DNA from: an uncultured Bacteroidales bacterium
GTDB lineage: Bacteria; Bacteroidota; Bacteroidia; Bacteroidales; VadinHA17
Reading direction: 5' to 3'
Length of the DNA stretch: 64,000 bases
Assembly (NCBI GenBank): GCA_963782945.1
Contig: CAWALO010000021.1
Location: 75,156 to 139,155 of the forward strand
Below, one piece after another: positions 1 to 9,367 of this stretch. The notes below the pieces were generated by a model, which worked only from the letters and a program-made list of their open reading frames with translations, did not search any database and was not told the DNA's origin. Position 1 is the stretch's first letter. Every line of letters starts with the position of its first letter. The position numbers were made by a program, and so were the translations under genes.

Positions 1-550
1 GAACAATCCAATAAAGAAAAGTACAGACGGGATGACCCCTGTTGCAAACATCCACCGCCAGTTGTTATCAATATCGTGCAACCAGTAATTGATTGTATAG
101 GAACATAATATACCCAACACAATGGTAAGCTGATAGATTGCCACAAGCATACCACGACTTTTTGGAGGTGCTACTTCCGCCACATACATAGGGGATAATA
201 CTGAAGCTGCCCCGACTGCAAGGCCTCCGAACAACCGGGCCGAAATAAACAGGACCGATGAACTTGCCAGAGCTGTAAGAGCACATGAAACAGCAAAGAA
301 TAGTGCGACAAAAATCAGCACTTTTTTACGGCCGAACATATCAGTAAGAATACCTGAACCAAAAGCACCGAATACTGCTCCTACCAGCAGAGAACTGACT
401 CCCCATCCCAATTCCAGTTCATTCCATCCGAAATAGGATTGGATAAAAGGAACCGCCCCGGATATTATAGCAATATCAAATCCAAACATCAGGCCACCCA
501 TTGTGGCAATCATACAAATGAAATACAGATACCCGGAACTTTTATTCATA
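1..550 (-). CDS. MFS sugar porter (sugar:H+ symporter family); only the N-terminal ~183 codons are present and the gene continues past the left edge
   Basis: Absent from the ORF track because no stop lies in the window. Hand translation of the reverse strand from the ATG at 550-548 gives MNKSSGYLYFICMIATMGGLMFGFDIAIISGAVPF...GILTDMFGRKKVLIFVALFF...ARLFGGLAVGAASVLSPMYVAEVAPPKSRGMLVAIYQL. These are the GFD, G-R-K/R and PMY-x-E-x-P-x-x-RG motifs of sugar-porter MFS proteins. Track ORF 68..286 is an out-of-frame shadow. Confidence 0.85.
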
Positions 551-566
551 ATTTTTCTCAGTTTAA

Positions 567-607
567 GGATTTCGGATTGTGGATTTCGGATTGGTTAAAT
601 CCGAAAT
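567..607. repeat. Word-built hairpin (tandem ggatttcggatt x2, then inverted aatccgaaat)
   Basis: ggatttcggatt occurs at 567..578 and 581..592. The stem is atttcggatt (583..592) / aatccgaaat (598..607). It lies 19 nt after the stop of 626..2119. Confidence 0.75.
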
Positions 608-625
608 AAAATCCCGATAGCTATG

Positions 626-2119
626 TCATGGCATTGAGGGTAAACTCCATCCTTCACGGTAATTATGTTTAATATACTTCTCTGCGCTTTCAAGGGCATT
701 GAAAGTTTCATATTTCTTGTCAAACGTGGGATGGCCATCAACAACTTTAAAATCGTCGGTGATCATTATTTTCAATTCCTCTGTCACCGAGATATTGGTG
801 AACTTCATGTTTTCACCATCCCACTCGAGAGCCTTACTAAGACCCTGGAGCCTGACTGCCAGAACTCCCATCATAACCATTTCGTTGAATGGTCCGGCGT
901 AAGCAAAATTTGCAGAGCCTTCGGTCCTGCTTTCAGGTGATTCCTTGCATGCCCTTATCCAATCCTGTTCGTGAGGTCCATCCGGATAAAATGTATCTCC
1001 ACCAGGAACACGTCGCAAATATGGCTTGACAACCGGCACTCTTCCTGACATCAGACGCGGGTTATATCCTCCGCAGCCGCACAAGAGGGCATCTTTCGAA
1101 CCGATAAACAGGCATCCCCCGAGTCCGTCAGCCATCAGGTTTTCACCCTGGGGAAGCAGATCTGTCAGGTTTGGAAGCAAGCCTCCGTCGTACCAGTGTA
1201 CTTTCACCATGGGCAGGGCCAGCTTCGGCATGTTATCCCGGGCCGGAAAGAAGAATTCAACAGTCTCAGCCTGAGGGGCAGATTCGGTATTTATTGAGGT
1301 TGAACTACCCCGTACCTTATCAGGATAACCAAGCTTTAAAGATCTGTAAACAGGATCAAGGACGTGGCAGGCCATATCTCCGAAAGCTCCTGTACCGAAA
1401 TCCCACCATCCCCTCCAGTTCCAGGGCGTATATATTTCGTTGAATGGGCGAACGGGTGCCGGGCCCATGAACAAATCCCAGTTTAGCGTTTTTGGAACAG
1501 GCATAACCTTTGCAGGTCTTGGAATACCCTGCGGCCATATTGGACGGTCAGTCCAGGCATGAACCTCACGTATTTCACCTATTTCATTATTCCATATCCA
1601 CTCGCACAGTTTCCTGACATCATCATGCGAATTACCCTGGTTGCCCATCTGTGTGGCAACCTTATGTTTAGCAGCCAGTTTAGTAAGCAGGCGGGATTCA
1701 TAAACCGAGTGGGTAAGAGGCTTCTGACAATAAACATGCTTGCCAAGAGTAAGTGCCGTTGCAGCTATAGGTGCATGGGTATGATCAGCAGTGGCCACCA
1801 TTACACCGTCGATTGATTTTCCAAGCTCATCGAACATCCTTCGCCAGTCCCAGTAGCGTTTTGCTCCCGGAAATTCCTTAAAGCAGAGGTCCGCATATTT
1901 CCAGTCTACATCGCACAAACCAATAATGTTCTCTGTTGCCATCCCCTTCAGATTGACATGCCCCTTGCCTCCTATTCCGACTCCTGCAATATTCAGCTTG
2001 TCGCTTGGAGCTTTATGTCCGAGACCGCTTATAACATGATTCGGCAGAATTGAAATGCCGGCAGATACAAGTCCGGCTTTTTTAAGAAATTCACGCCGTG
2101 TATTACCACTGTTTTTCAT
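626..2119 (-). CDS. Gfo/Idh/MocA-family NAD(P)-dependent oxidoreductase with twin-arginine (Tat) leader
   Basis: 497 aa. The N-terminus MKNSGNTRREFLKKAGLVSAGISIL has an RR-x-F-L-K motif plus a hydrophobic region. Rossmann start is LNIAGVGIGGKG. It is a clear paralog of 47644..49002, sharing the SGLGH.APSDKLNIA and EWIRACK blocks. Confidence 0.85.
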   Translation of the reverse strand: MKNSGNTRREFLKKAGLVSAGISILPNHVISGLGHKAPSDKLNIAGVGIGGKGHVNLKGMATENIIGLCDVDWKYADLCFKEFPGAKRYWDWRRMFDELGKSIDGVMVATADHTHAPIAATALTLGKHVYCQKPLTHSVYESRLLTKLAAKHKVATQMGNQGNSHDDVRKLCEWIWNNEIGEIREVHAWTDRPIWPQGIPRPAKVMPVPKTLNWDLFMGPAPVRPFNEIYTPWNWRGWWDFGTGAFGDMACHVLDPVYRSLKLGYPDKVRGSSTSINTESAPQAETVEFFFPARDNMPKLALPMVKVHWYDGGLLPNLTDLLPQGENLMADGLGGCLFIGSKDALLCGCGGYNPRLMSGRVPVVKPYLRRVPGGDTFYPDGPHEQDWIRACKESPESRTEGSANFAYAGPFNEMVMMGVLAVRLQGLSKALEWDGENMKFTNISVTEELKIMITDDFKVVDGHPTFDKKYETFNALESAEKYIKHNYREGWSLPSMP

Positions 2120-2139
2120 ATTAAAGGCTATAATAGAAT

Positions 2140-2901
2140 CTAAATTTCCTTAATCTTAATGGAACGATACCAGACTTTGGTTCCATGGTTCTGAAGAGAT
2201 ATGTAGCCTTCATCAAATTTACCCCAGTCAGGGAAGGCTGTCCATTTGCCACTGTTTTTCAACTTATTCCATTCATCAGAGTACTTCTCATATTTCACTA
2301 CTATCTGACCATTCAGAATCTGTGTCACTGAATTACCATTTACAACAAGAAACAGCTGGTTCCATTCCCCGAGAGGTTTATATGGCTTTGCCATAGGAGG
2401 ATACATTGCATAGTTAGCACCATTGATTTGCCATTCCTCAAGCTTGTCAGTCCAGTTCTCATGGTCAATAACCTGAAATTCCGGACCAGTTTCATAGGGG
2501 AATTTGTATTTCGGATCCTCTGCAATCTGATAAATGATCCCGCTGTTGGCTGCCTTTGTCAGCTTGTATTCAACGCTCAATGCAAAATTACGGTACTTTT
2601 TGCTGGTCAGAATATCAAGACTCTCAGCAGAACCTGTTGTTGTCATAGTTAAAGATCCATCTTCAATAGCCCAGCAGTCAGGAAATACCTTCATATTATA
2701 TCCATGCCAGCCATCAGTTGTTTTTCCATCGAAAAGCAACTGCCAGCCATTCTTCTTTTCAGCCGACGATAATGTGTTTGGAGAGTCTTTCTTATCTATT
2801 TCAGAATAAAGACCCAGTGCATCTTTTGTCTGTTTCTGGACGAATGCGACAATTATTACCATCATTATTAATACCAATACGCCTGATGTTAACTTTTTCA
2901 T
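2140..2901 (-). CDS. Secreted DUF1080 protein (PF06439, the 3-keto-disaccharide hydrolase family)
   Basis: 253 aa with an N-terminal signal/TM segment. GWQLLFDGKTTDGWHGYN, WAIEDGSLT, EFQVIDHENW and the C-terminal ISLQNHGTKVWYRSIKIKEI match the DUF1080 pattern as I remember it. Confidence 0.8.
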   Translation of the reverse strand: MKKLTSGVLVLIMMVIIVAFVQKQTKDALGLYSEIDKKDSPNTLSSAEKKNGWQLLFDGKTTDGWHGYNMKVFPDCWAIEDGSLTMTTTGSAESLDILTSKKYRNFALSVEYKLTKAANSGIIYQIAEDPKYKFPYETGPEFQVIDHENWTDKLEEWQINGANYAMYPPMAKPYKPLGEWNQLFLVVNGNSVTQILNGQIVVKYEKYSDEWNKLKNSGKWTAFPDWGKFDEGYISLQNHGTKVWYRSIKIKEI

Positions 2902-2931
2902 TTCTTTTGATTTTTCTGGTTAATATACCTG

Positions 2932-4407
2932 TTATTTAATAATAAGCTGATTACCCGTTGCTTTGGCGATCGCTCTTACGCCGGTATTTCCACCCTGGGT
3001 CAGACTGATATCGACCTTAGCATTTGTCTTGTAAGCGCCGCATGTAAAATCAGGAACGGTGATGGAATTTGAACGGTTAGCCACCGACCATTCGCTCAGT
3101 GGGGCAATGCTGCTCCAGAGTGCTCCGTCGTAAACATTCTCATCAAGAGGCAAACCATTACGTAAACAATCAATAAGTCGCCAGTCCATCATGAAATCCA
3201 TACCTCCGTGTCCGCCGACCTTCTTCGCCAGTTCGCCAATGCGTTTAACAATCTCAGGGGTATACTCTTTCTCAATTTCAGCCATTCTGGCCTCATCAAA
3301 CCATTCATGACCCGATGCAATTTTTCCAGGTTCAGGATATTTACATGCGATCCCTTTGGTTCCGCTGAGCAGATGAATACGGGAATATGGACGGGGGGAA
3401 GTAACGTCATGCTGAATCATTATAGTCTTGCCCTTTTCAGTTCTGACAGTTGTGGTGCTCATGTTTCCCCGATAACCGTTTGTTACGAATTCTTTATAGA
3501 ATGTATCGTTTTTGGCAAGCTCTGCTGCCATGTCTGCCATCTGAAAATCATTAGTAGCAACAGTTGTAAGATAATCCATCCTATCACCCCTGTTTATGTC
3601 CAATGCCTGGCAAACAGGTCCCAGTCCATGGGTCGGATAGAGGTTCCCCTTCCTGTGCTGGTTATGCTTCAGGCGCCACATATCAACATAGCCGTTTTTA
3701 TCAAAATTCAAATCTCTCAGATCATGAATATAAGCAGCTTCAGCGTGTATAATTTCCCCGAAAAAGCCCTGGCGGGTCATGTTTAATGTAAGCAATTCAA
3801 AGAAATCGTAGCAGCAATTCTCAAGCATCATGCAATGCTTCTTAGTCTTTTCTGATGTTTCAACAAGCTGCCAGGCCTCATCTATTGTAACAGCAATAGG
3901 CACTTCGGAGGCAGCGTGCTTGCCATTCTCCATCGCAAATACTGCCATAGGAGTATGCCACTCCCATGGAGTGCAGATATAAACAAGGTCAAGTTCATTG
4001 CTCTGGCATAATTCCTTCCATATTTCGGGAGAGCCTGTGTAAGCTTTGGCCGGGGGTAAACCATGAGCTTCAAGTATTTTCTGACCTTTCTCAATCCTGT
4101 CGGGCAGCTTGTCACACAAAGCTTTAATTTCGACACCCTCAATACTGGCAAGCCTCTCCACAGCGCCTGGTCCGCGCTGGCCCAATCCTATTACGCCAAC
4201 ACGCACAATGTCAATTTTAGGAGCGGCATAACCGCTCATATTAAACACCTGGCTGTGAGATCTGTTGGCAGCCTCTTCAATCGCTGCAAATGGACCTGCA
4301 GGCTTGACTTTTTCCTTTGAAACACAAGCATTAAAAGCAGTTCCGGAGACTAATCCAGCACCGGCAACGCCGGCAATTTTAAAAAAACTTCGTCGGTTGG
4401 TTTTCAT
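2932..4407 (-). CDS. GH109-like NAD-dependent glycosidase (alpha-N-acetylgalactosaminidase family, Gfo/Idh/MocA fold) with Tat leader
   Basis: 491 aa. Leader is MKTNRRSFFKIAGVAGAGLVSG. Blocks TPWEWH, LENCCYD, GNLYPTHGLGP, DINRGDR, GGHGGMDFMM and PLDENVYDGALWSSIAPLSEWS...VPDFT line up with the Elizabethkingia GH109 enzyme as I recall it. Confidence 0.85.
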   Translation of the reverse strand: MKTNRRSFFKIAGVAGAGLVSGTAFNACVSKEKVKPAGPFAAIEEAANRSHSQVFNMSGYAAPKIDIVRVGVIGLGQRGPGAVERLASIEGVEIKALCDKLPDRIEKGQKILEAHGLPPAKAYTGSPEIWKELCQSNELDLVYICTPWEWHTPMAVFAMENGKHAASEVPIAVTIDEAWQLVETSEKTKKHCMMLENCCYDFFELLTLNMTRQGFFGEIIHAEAAYIHDLRDLNFDKNGYVDMWRLKHNQHRKGNLYPTHGLGPVCQALDINRGDRMDYLTTVATNDFQMADMAAELAKNDTFYKEFVTNGYRGNMSTTTVRTEKGKTIMIQHDVTSPRPYSRIHLLSGTKGIACKYPEPGKIASGHEWFDEARMAEIEKEYTPEIVKRIGELAKKVGGHGGMDFMMDWRLIDCLRNGLPLDENVYDGALWSSIAPLSEWSVANRSNSITVPDFTCGAYKTNAKVDISLTQGGNTGVRAIAKATGNQLIIK

Positions 4408-4430
4408 AATATTAAATGATTAGAATATGA

Positions 4431-5591
4431 TTAAATTTTAATAAAAGTTTTATTCCTGTACATATACCTGAGTATAATATATAATATCAGAGTTGCCCCG
4501 AAGATGCTCAGCACATCAAACCAGTTTCCAATAAATGGTTTCAAGCCATTCAGGAAAACTTCAGCCATGCCTGAGAAGTTGTTGCTGAACAGGTGATATG
4601 CAACATAGGCAAAAATTGAATTAGATCCAATAATAATCATCCATTTTGTGCCTTTCCTGATATTCCACACATCTATTACCAGATAAAAAACTGCGAGCAT
4701 CAGGCAGCTTATCCCTCCTGAAAAGAGCACAAAAGAGCTTGTGAAAATATGTTTTATAATCGGATGCCAGATGTTAATGATCAAGCCAAGAACAATAATT
4801 GAAGTCCCAAATATCATATAATTCCAGAACCTCTTCATCTTTTCCTGTTCATACTGCATAATGTATCCGGCAAAAACCCCCAACATTACCAAAGACCCAA
4901 AATTCAGACTTGACACTATCCATGTATAAGTACCCCCGGCTATAAATCGCCCCATCACGGCCTTTTCAACAATTATTGCCACATTTCCATCAGGGGTATA
5001 TGCATTTGCAGTTGTGCCTCCAACGGGAATCAGCCCGAGTATCAGCCAATAAAGCACAAGAAGCCCTGTCGTTGACGCAATCTGATATACAACAGGCAGG
5101 TAAAGAATAAACACAGTAGCGATTAAATAACCGGCTGCAATGGACTGAAGTGTATTAGTAAAAAATTTAATCTGATTAATATCGTAAGTCAGCAGGTTTC
5201 CCTGAACCATCATCCCAAGGATCCAGAGAAGGATCACTCTTTTAATTGTATGCATCCATATTGACCTGTCGGAAGTGGCAGTGCCTAGCCTTTTCCTGTA
5301 TGAATAGACCATAGAGAAGCCTACAAGAAACAGGAAGAGAGGCATAATGATATCTTCAAAATGGAAACCAAACCATTCCACATGGTCAAATTGCATTTTG
5401 ATAAATCCTGACAGCTTATTGTGAAAGACTTTATCAAGCGCCTGAAATCCAATATCACCTCCAATTATCCAGAACATATCGAATCCTCTCAATGCATCCA
5501 CAGAAATCACTCTCTCTTTGGAGAGTATTGTTCTGTTTCTGACCTGCAATACCTCTATGTCACTGAAAAACTTTTTAATTCGTGCATTCAT
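4431..5591 (-). CDS. Polytopic membrane acyltransferase-like protein (DUF5009/DUF1624, heparan-alpha-glucosaminide N-acetyltransferase-like)
   Basis: 386 aa, strongly hydrophobic throughout. The N-terminal RVISVDALRGFDMFWIIGG is the signature start of the HGSNAT-like family. Confidence 0.7.
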   Translation of the reverse strand: MNARIKKFFSDIEVLQVRNRTILSKERVISVDALRGFDMFWIIGGDIGFQALDKVFHNKLSGFIKMQFDHVEWFGFHFEDIIMPLFLFLVGFSMVYSYRKRLGTATSDRSIWMHTIKRVILLWILGMMVQGNLLTYDINQIKFFTNTLQSIAAGYLIATVFILYLPVVYQIASTTGLLVLYWLILGLIPVGGTTANAYTPDGNVAIIVEKAVMGRFIAGGTYTWIVSSLNFGSLVMLGVFAGYIMQYEQEKMKRFWNYMIFGTSIIVLGLIINIWHPIIKHIFTSSFVLFSGGISCLMLAVFYLVIDVWNIRKGTKWMIIIGSNSIFAYVAYHLFSNNFSGMAEVFLNGLKPFIGNWFDVLSIFGATLILYIILRYMYRNKTFIKI

Positions 5592-5665
5592 TTTCGCCGG
5601 TTTATAAGGGTAATACCATCTTGCTAATATATTACGAATATTATCAATTAAACCTCTTTAGTTTA

Positions 5666-5702
5666 AGATTCCTCATATCGCTTCTCTTCATCCGGAATGA
5701 CA
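5666..5702. repeat. Degenerate single copy of the attcctc...cggaatgaca word seen in the nested repeat (P3)
   Basis: agattcctcATATCGCTTCTCTTCATccggaatgaca compared with P3 agattcctcgctgcgctcggaatgaca. It lies just downstream of the stop of 5715..7805. Confidence 0.5.
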
Positions 5703-5714
5703 ACTCATTTTACA

Positions 5715-7805
5715 TCAGGGCACTTTCAGCCAGATAAAATCGATACCGATCTTTTTACCATTACTGGCATCCATCGATTCAATTATTACTTCATTCAGAC
5801 CTTTCTTAAGTCCGACAGGTTCTGAAAAATGGTTAGCTAAAATGGTCTGAAAGGGCTCATAGGTGTTCACAGTTTCTTTTCCGTCGAAATTGATCTTTTT
5901 ACCGCTCATAGTAAAAGCAACTGTACCTCCTTCCGGATTATGTGAGAGGGTCACTCCAATTGTTGCATTTTCAACATCCGAATTACAGCTTAGATTAAAT
6001 CGTATTTTATCTCCTTTTTTCAAAGGTTTCCACATTATTATGCTGCCACCGGCACAAATTTCTTCCGGTTCAACTTTAACAGACTGACTCTCAGAGATCA
6101 GTTCTTCAGCCTGTATGTATCTGTATCCTGCAGAACCGAGATAAGCCACCGGGGTCCATTTAAGATAAGAGATGTCAGCAATATCCGGCATTGAAATCTT
6201 CTTAAAATCATCTATGGTTCCCGGAAGCGCATAGTAATATACTATCCTGCCATATGAAAAACCGGGTACAATTCCGTGATGACCGAGTTCCATGTAAAAG
6301 GCAATTTTATCTCTGAAGAGAATATCGTCTGAAATGTGCCAGCGGAAATTTGAAACATACCCCCTGTTTCCGGGACCGTCATTCCTTGGCTGACCGCAAT
6401 AAGGATAAGAGAAGATCGCTGAGGATGACCAGGAATAGTTAAAATAGTCCTCGGAACCGGTGCCAAAAAATGAGGGAAATGTATCCTGATCCACAAATAT
6501 TTTCTCATCTCCTTCACCCCACCAGTTTCCCCAGGATGTTGTTGCATTACTGGGATTGTACAAATATGCTGCGGTACCCACTACCCTTCCACTCCCTGAT
6601 GCCATCAAATATACAATATCGGGCACATTATTACTTTTAGGTTCAAAAAAGGATGCTGTCAATCCGTTATCTATCCTCCATCTTGCCCTGAAATGCATTG
6701 ATTTTCCTTCCTCCCAATTAAAACTATTCGTCCTGATTGCTGCTTTTATGCCAATGTTCTCAGAGGAGTTATTCTCAATTTCAATTCTTGCTGATCGCCT
6801 GAAGGGCATAATAAAACGGCAAATCATTGTACCGTCGGCATCCACCGAAAAAGGAAGGGAGTTGTAGGGATTCACTCCGGGGGCAGAACCAAAAAAATCT
6901 CCGGCAGGAGCCTGAATCTGGGGAACTGAAGAGTCATCGAAACTGATTGTCAGGATAATCTTACGCAAGGCATTTTCAATATTATCAGCGCTAATTCTGA
7001 GAGAAAAATATTCGACAGCCTTTGTTCCCGTTGCATAAAAGATTTCCTTCTTTGAAAAAGCCGGCAGAACAGTTTCCGGGATTTCAACCTCTGAAGTACC
7101 TGGTTCATTTCCTTTATCCGGATTTTTCATAAGATTGCTGATTTCTTCAATCTTATCCGAAATAATTTTAAAATCCGTTGCGCTGAAAGTCCTGACATTT
7201 ACACCAGGTTCATAGACCCGGAAACCTACATGGTAAAAATGTATCTCACGGATATCTCCTATCCATTCGATTCTGCATCTTCTGCTAAATGGTATTGGGA
7301 AATAGGTAGCATCGAACTGTCTGAACATAGCTGCATATCCGGGTTTTCCAAAATTTCCGGAGAGCATATCAGCTGTATTCCAAAAAAAATCCTGGGCACC
7401 TCCTTCATAAACTGGATGATCCGTATCATCAAGGAATAGTCTTATTTTTCCATTTATCCCGGCTGTCCATAGGCGCACAATTGCCCCAGGCTTATGAACA
7501 TCACAAATTAAATATTCTCCGATCCCTTCAGTATCAGGCTGCTTCAGTACTTTTTCGAAGCCAGGTATGGGTTCATTCCCGAAACCATCTTCATTTGAAA
7601 ACCAGCAGCTGTCGGTCGGGCTGGTGCTTCTCCTGTCATAGGATGAAAATTGTATTGCCCTGTAATTCTCATCGGGTAAACTTGCAAGTCTCTTCAGATC
7701 AGCCATCTCATTCAGGAGGCTGACTGTTGTGATTACCTTGTCCGATCCTTTCCCGGAGCATGAAAGAAGTAAAATAGCAAGAAGAATAGGAAGAGAGAAT
7801 TTCAT
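5715..7805 (-). CDS. DUF2961 / GH172-family glycoside hydrolase, lipoprotein
   Basis: 696 aa. Lipobox-type leader LLAILLLSCSG. Hallmark WGEGDEKIFVDQDTFPSFFGTGSEDYFNYSW. Paralog of 10363..12063. Confidence 0.8.
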   Translation of the reverse strand: MKFSLPILLAILLLSCSGKGSDKVITTVSLLNEMADLKRLASLPDENYRAIQFSSYDRRSTSPTDSCWFSNEDGFGNEPIPGFEKVLKQPDTEGIGEYLICDVHKPGAIVRLWTAGINGKIRLFLDDTDHPVYEGGAQDFFWNTADMLSGNFGKPGYAAMFRQFDATYFPIPFSRRCRIEWIGDIREIHFYHVGFRVYEPGVNVRTFSATDFKIISDKIEEISNLMKNPDKGNEPGTSEVEIPETVLPAFSKKEIFYATGTKAVEYFSLRISADNIENALRKIILTISFDDSSVPQIQAPAGDFFGSAPGVNPYNSLPFSVDADGTMICRFIMPFRRSARIEIENNSSENIGIKAAIRTNSFNWEEGKSMHFRARWRIDNGLTASFFEPKSNNVPDIVYLMASGSGRVVGTAAYLYNPSNATTSWGNWWGEGDEKIFVDQDTFPSFFGTGSEDYFNYSWSSSAIFSYPYCGQPRNDGPGNRGYVSNFRWHISDDILFRDKIAFYMELGHHGIVPGFSYGRIVYYYALPGTIDDFKKISMPDIADISYLKWTPVAYLGSAGYRYIQAEELISESQSVKVEPEEICAGGSIIMWKPLKKGDKIRFNLSCNSDVENATIGVTLSHNPEGGTVAFTMSGKKINFDGKETVNTYEPFQTILANHFSEPVGLKKGLNEVIIESMDASNGKKIGIDFIWLKVP

Positions 7806-7809
7806 AAAA

Positions 7810-9102
7810 TCAGTCGTTTACAGCTTGCCCGACAAGTACCGGGAATTTCCAGTTTGTATCATCCCCACTTTCCTCCTGGGTCTGCTTCATGATTATACCT
7901 ATCACATTTTCCTTAGGATCTGCAAAATACTGGGTATTAAAATAACCACCCCAGTGGAATGTCCCGGCACTTCCATTTCCACCCTTATCTGCTCCTCTCT
8001 GTGTAATCACACCAAATGCCATGGCATAATAGTTCTCTGCATCCTCACCCCATATCTTATAATTCTGATTGCCCATCATAGATTGTACTGTGGTACGGCT
8101 GAGAATACGTTTACCATTCAACTCACCGCCATTGAGGTACATCTGTAAAAATGTAGCATAATCCTTTGCCGTACTGGAGAGGCCGGCACCACCAGGGAAA
8201 AACTTTTTAGCACCTTTTATCGGATAATCGGGATCATAAAATGTAACCGGATATCGAACCCATTTACCATTGTCAGGCTTTTGTACTGATACCAGACGCG
8301 ACGCTTTGTCTTCAGGAAGGAAGAACCAGGTGTCATTCATTCCGAGCGGTTCAAAAATACGGGTTCTGAAAAACACATCAAGTGGCATCCCTGATTCAAT
8401 TTCTATAAGGTAACCAAGAACGTCAAGTCCTTCGCAATATTTATATTTTTCTCCCGGATTAAATAACAACGGGAGTTTTGCAAGTTTCCTGATATTTTCA
8501 CCAATAGTGACATCTTCCGTAGAAAACACATCAAGTATTCCTGCCTTCTGATAGATCTTCCTGATTCTTTCATCATCATCTATGGCTCCGTATCCAAGTC
8601 CGGAGGTGTGGTCAAGCAGCTGACGGATAGTAATTTCCCCTGCAGCCGGCATTGTTGTATAACTTGAATCAGCCGGCTTGAAAGTATTCAATACCTGCGG
8701 ATTCTTAAATTCAGGGATATACTTAGATATAGGATCGTCAAGTTGAAACTTGCCTTCTTCCCATAGTATCATCACTGCGGTAGCGGTAACAGCTTTGGTT
8801 TGTGAAGCAATACGAAAAATATCATCACGTTTCAAGCTTCTCCCTGACTGGTTGTCGGCCATTCCAAAAGCTTTCCAGTACACTATCTTCCCGTTTCGGG
8901 CAACAAGGGCAACTGCCCCGGGGATCCGACCAGTTGCAACAGACTCCTGGCACATATTGTCAATTCGGGCAAGCCGTTCTGACGACATACCGACGCTCTC
9001 AGGCGATGCCTCTGACAGAGGCAGTGATTTTTTAACAGCAACCGGTTGGGTACATGAGATAATTGTACTAATAAGCAGAACGGAAAAAATAAGGTTTTTC
9101 AT
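7810..9102 (-). CDS. Serine hydrolase of the beta-lactamase / penicillin-binding (class C-like) fold, exported
   Basis: 430 aa with a signal peptide. S-x-x-K motif in FRIASQTKAVTATAV. Overall layout is typical of the Beta-lactamase (PF00144) family. Confidence 0.8.
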   Translation of the reverse strand: MKNLIFSVLLISTIISCTQPVAVKKSLPLSEASPESVGMSSERLARIDNMCQESVATGRIPGAVALVARNGKIVYWKAFGMADNQSGRSLKRDDIFRIASQTKAVTATAVMILWEEGKFQLDDPISKYIPEFKNPQVLNTFKPADSSYTTMPAAGEITIRQLLDHTSGLGYGAIDDDERIRKIYQKAGILDVFSTEDVTIGENIRKLAKLPLLFNPGEKYKYCEGLDVLGYLIEIESGMPLDVFFRTRIFEPLGMNDTWFFLPEDKASRLVSVQKPDNGKWVRYPVTFYDPDYPIKGAKKFFPGGAGLSSTAKDYATFLQMYLNGGELNGKRILSRTTVQSMMGNQNYKIWGEDAENYYAMAFGVITQRGADKGGNGSAGTFHWGGYFNTQYFADPKENVIGIIMKQTQEESGDDTNWKFPVLVGQAVND

Positions 9103-9188
9103 AGTTGAAAGGGTATATTGATTTTAAAGTTGTATCATGATAAGGATTTTATATTTACAATTTTATGGCAGAACACTATTGTTTAGTC

Positions 9189-9258
9189 CTTTGTGGTACT
9201 TGGTGTCTTGGTGTCTTAGTGGCAAAAAAAAATGCCACCAAGGCTCCAAGGCACAAAG
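9189..9258. repeat. Word-built hairpin, cttggtg/caccaag family
   Basis: ctttgtggtacttggtgtcttggtgtcttagtggca - A9 - tgccaccaaggctccaaggcacaaag. It lies between the amidohydrolase 3' end and the start of the beta-lactamase-fold gene. Same family as 50618..50702. Confidence 0.8.
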
Positions 9259-9286
9259 ATTCACCAGGATCAATTTTATTTTGTAT

Positions 9287-9367
9287 TTATCGGAAATATT
9301 TTTCCGCATTCTTATAATATATTTTGTCAATAACATCCCGTGGTAGTTTCAGTCCTTTAACTTCAGA
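9287..9367 (-). pseudogene. Out-of-frame C-terminal continuation of the amidohydrolase gene
   Basis: A different frame of the same strand reads ...SEVKGLKLPRDVIDKIYYKNAEKYFR*. This is the canonical amidohydrolase C-terminus (…NA..…F). It belongs to track ORF 9287..9469, whose upstream part is meaningless. Confidence 0.6.

Noticed and set aside
68-286. 72-aa track ORF at the left edge
   Set aside because: It is out of frame relative to the clearly recognisable MFS sugar-porter reading frame on the same strand.
3208-3786. 192-aa plus-strand ORF, and similar long antisense ORFs at 7729..8148, 20242..20682, 24260..24721, 44996..45460 and 48430..48897
   Set aside because: Each is embedded antisense in a well-supported gene (GH109, beta-lactamase-fold, lipoprotein/LacI, DegT, FAD oxidase, Gfo). 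None has family motifs or a sensible start context.
9189-9258. Possible CRISPR-like repeats (short words recurring at 567, 9189, 39343, 49055, 50618 and 58068)
   Set aside because: The units are 7-12 nt, immediately tandem or inverted with no unique spacers of regular length. No cas genes are present. They are hairpin elements, not CRISPR arrays.
9137-9346. 69-aa plus-strand ORF in the 9.1-9.3 kb spacer
   Set aside because: It is translated across the cttggtg/caccaag hairpin repeat and overlaps the amidohydrolase C-terminal fragment. There is no coding support.
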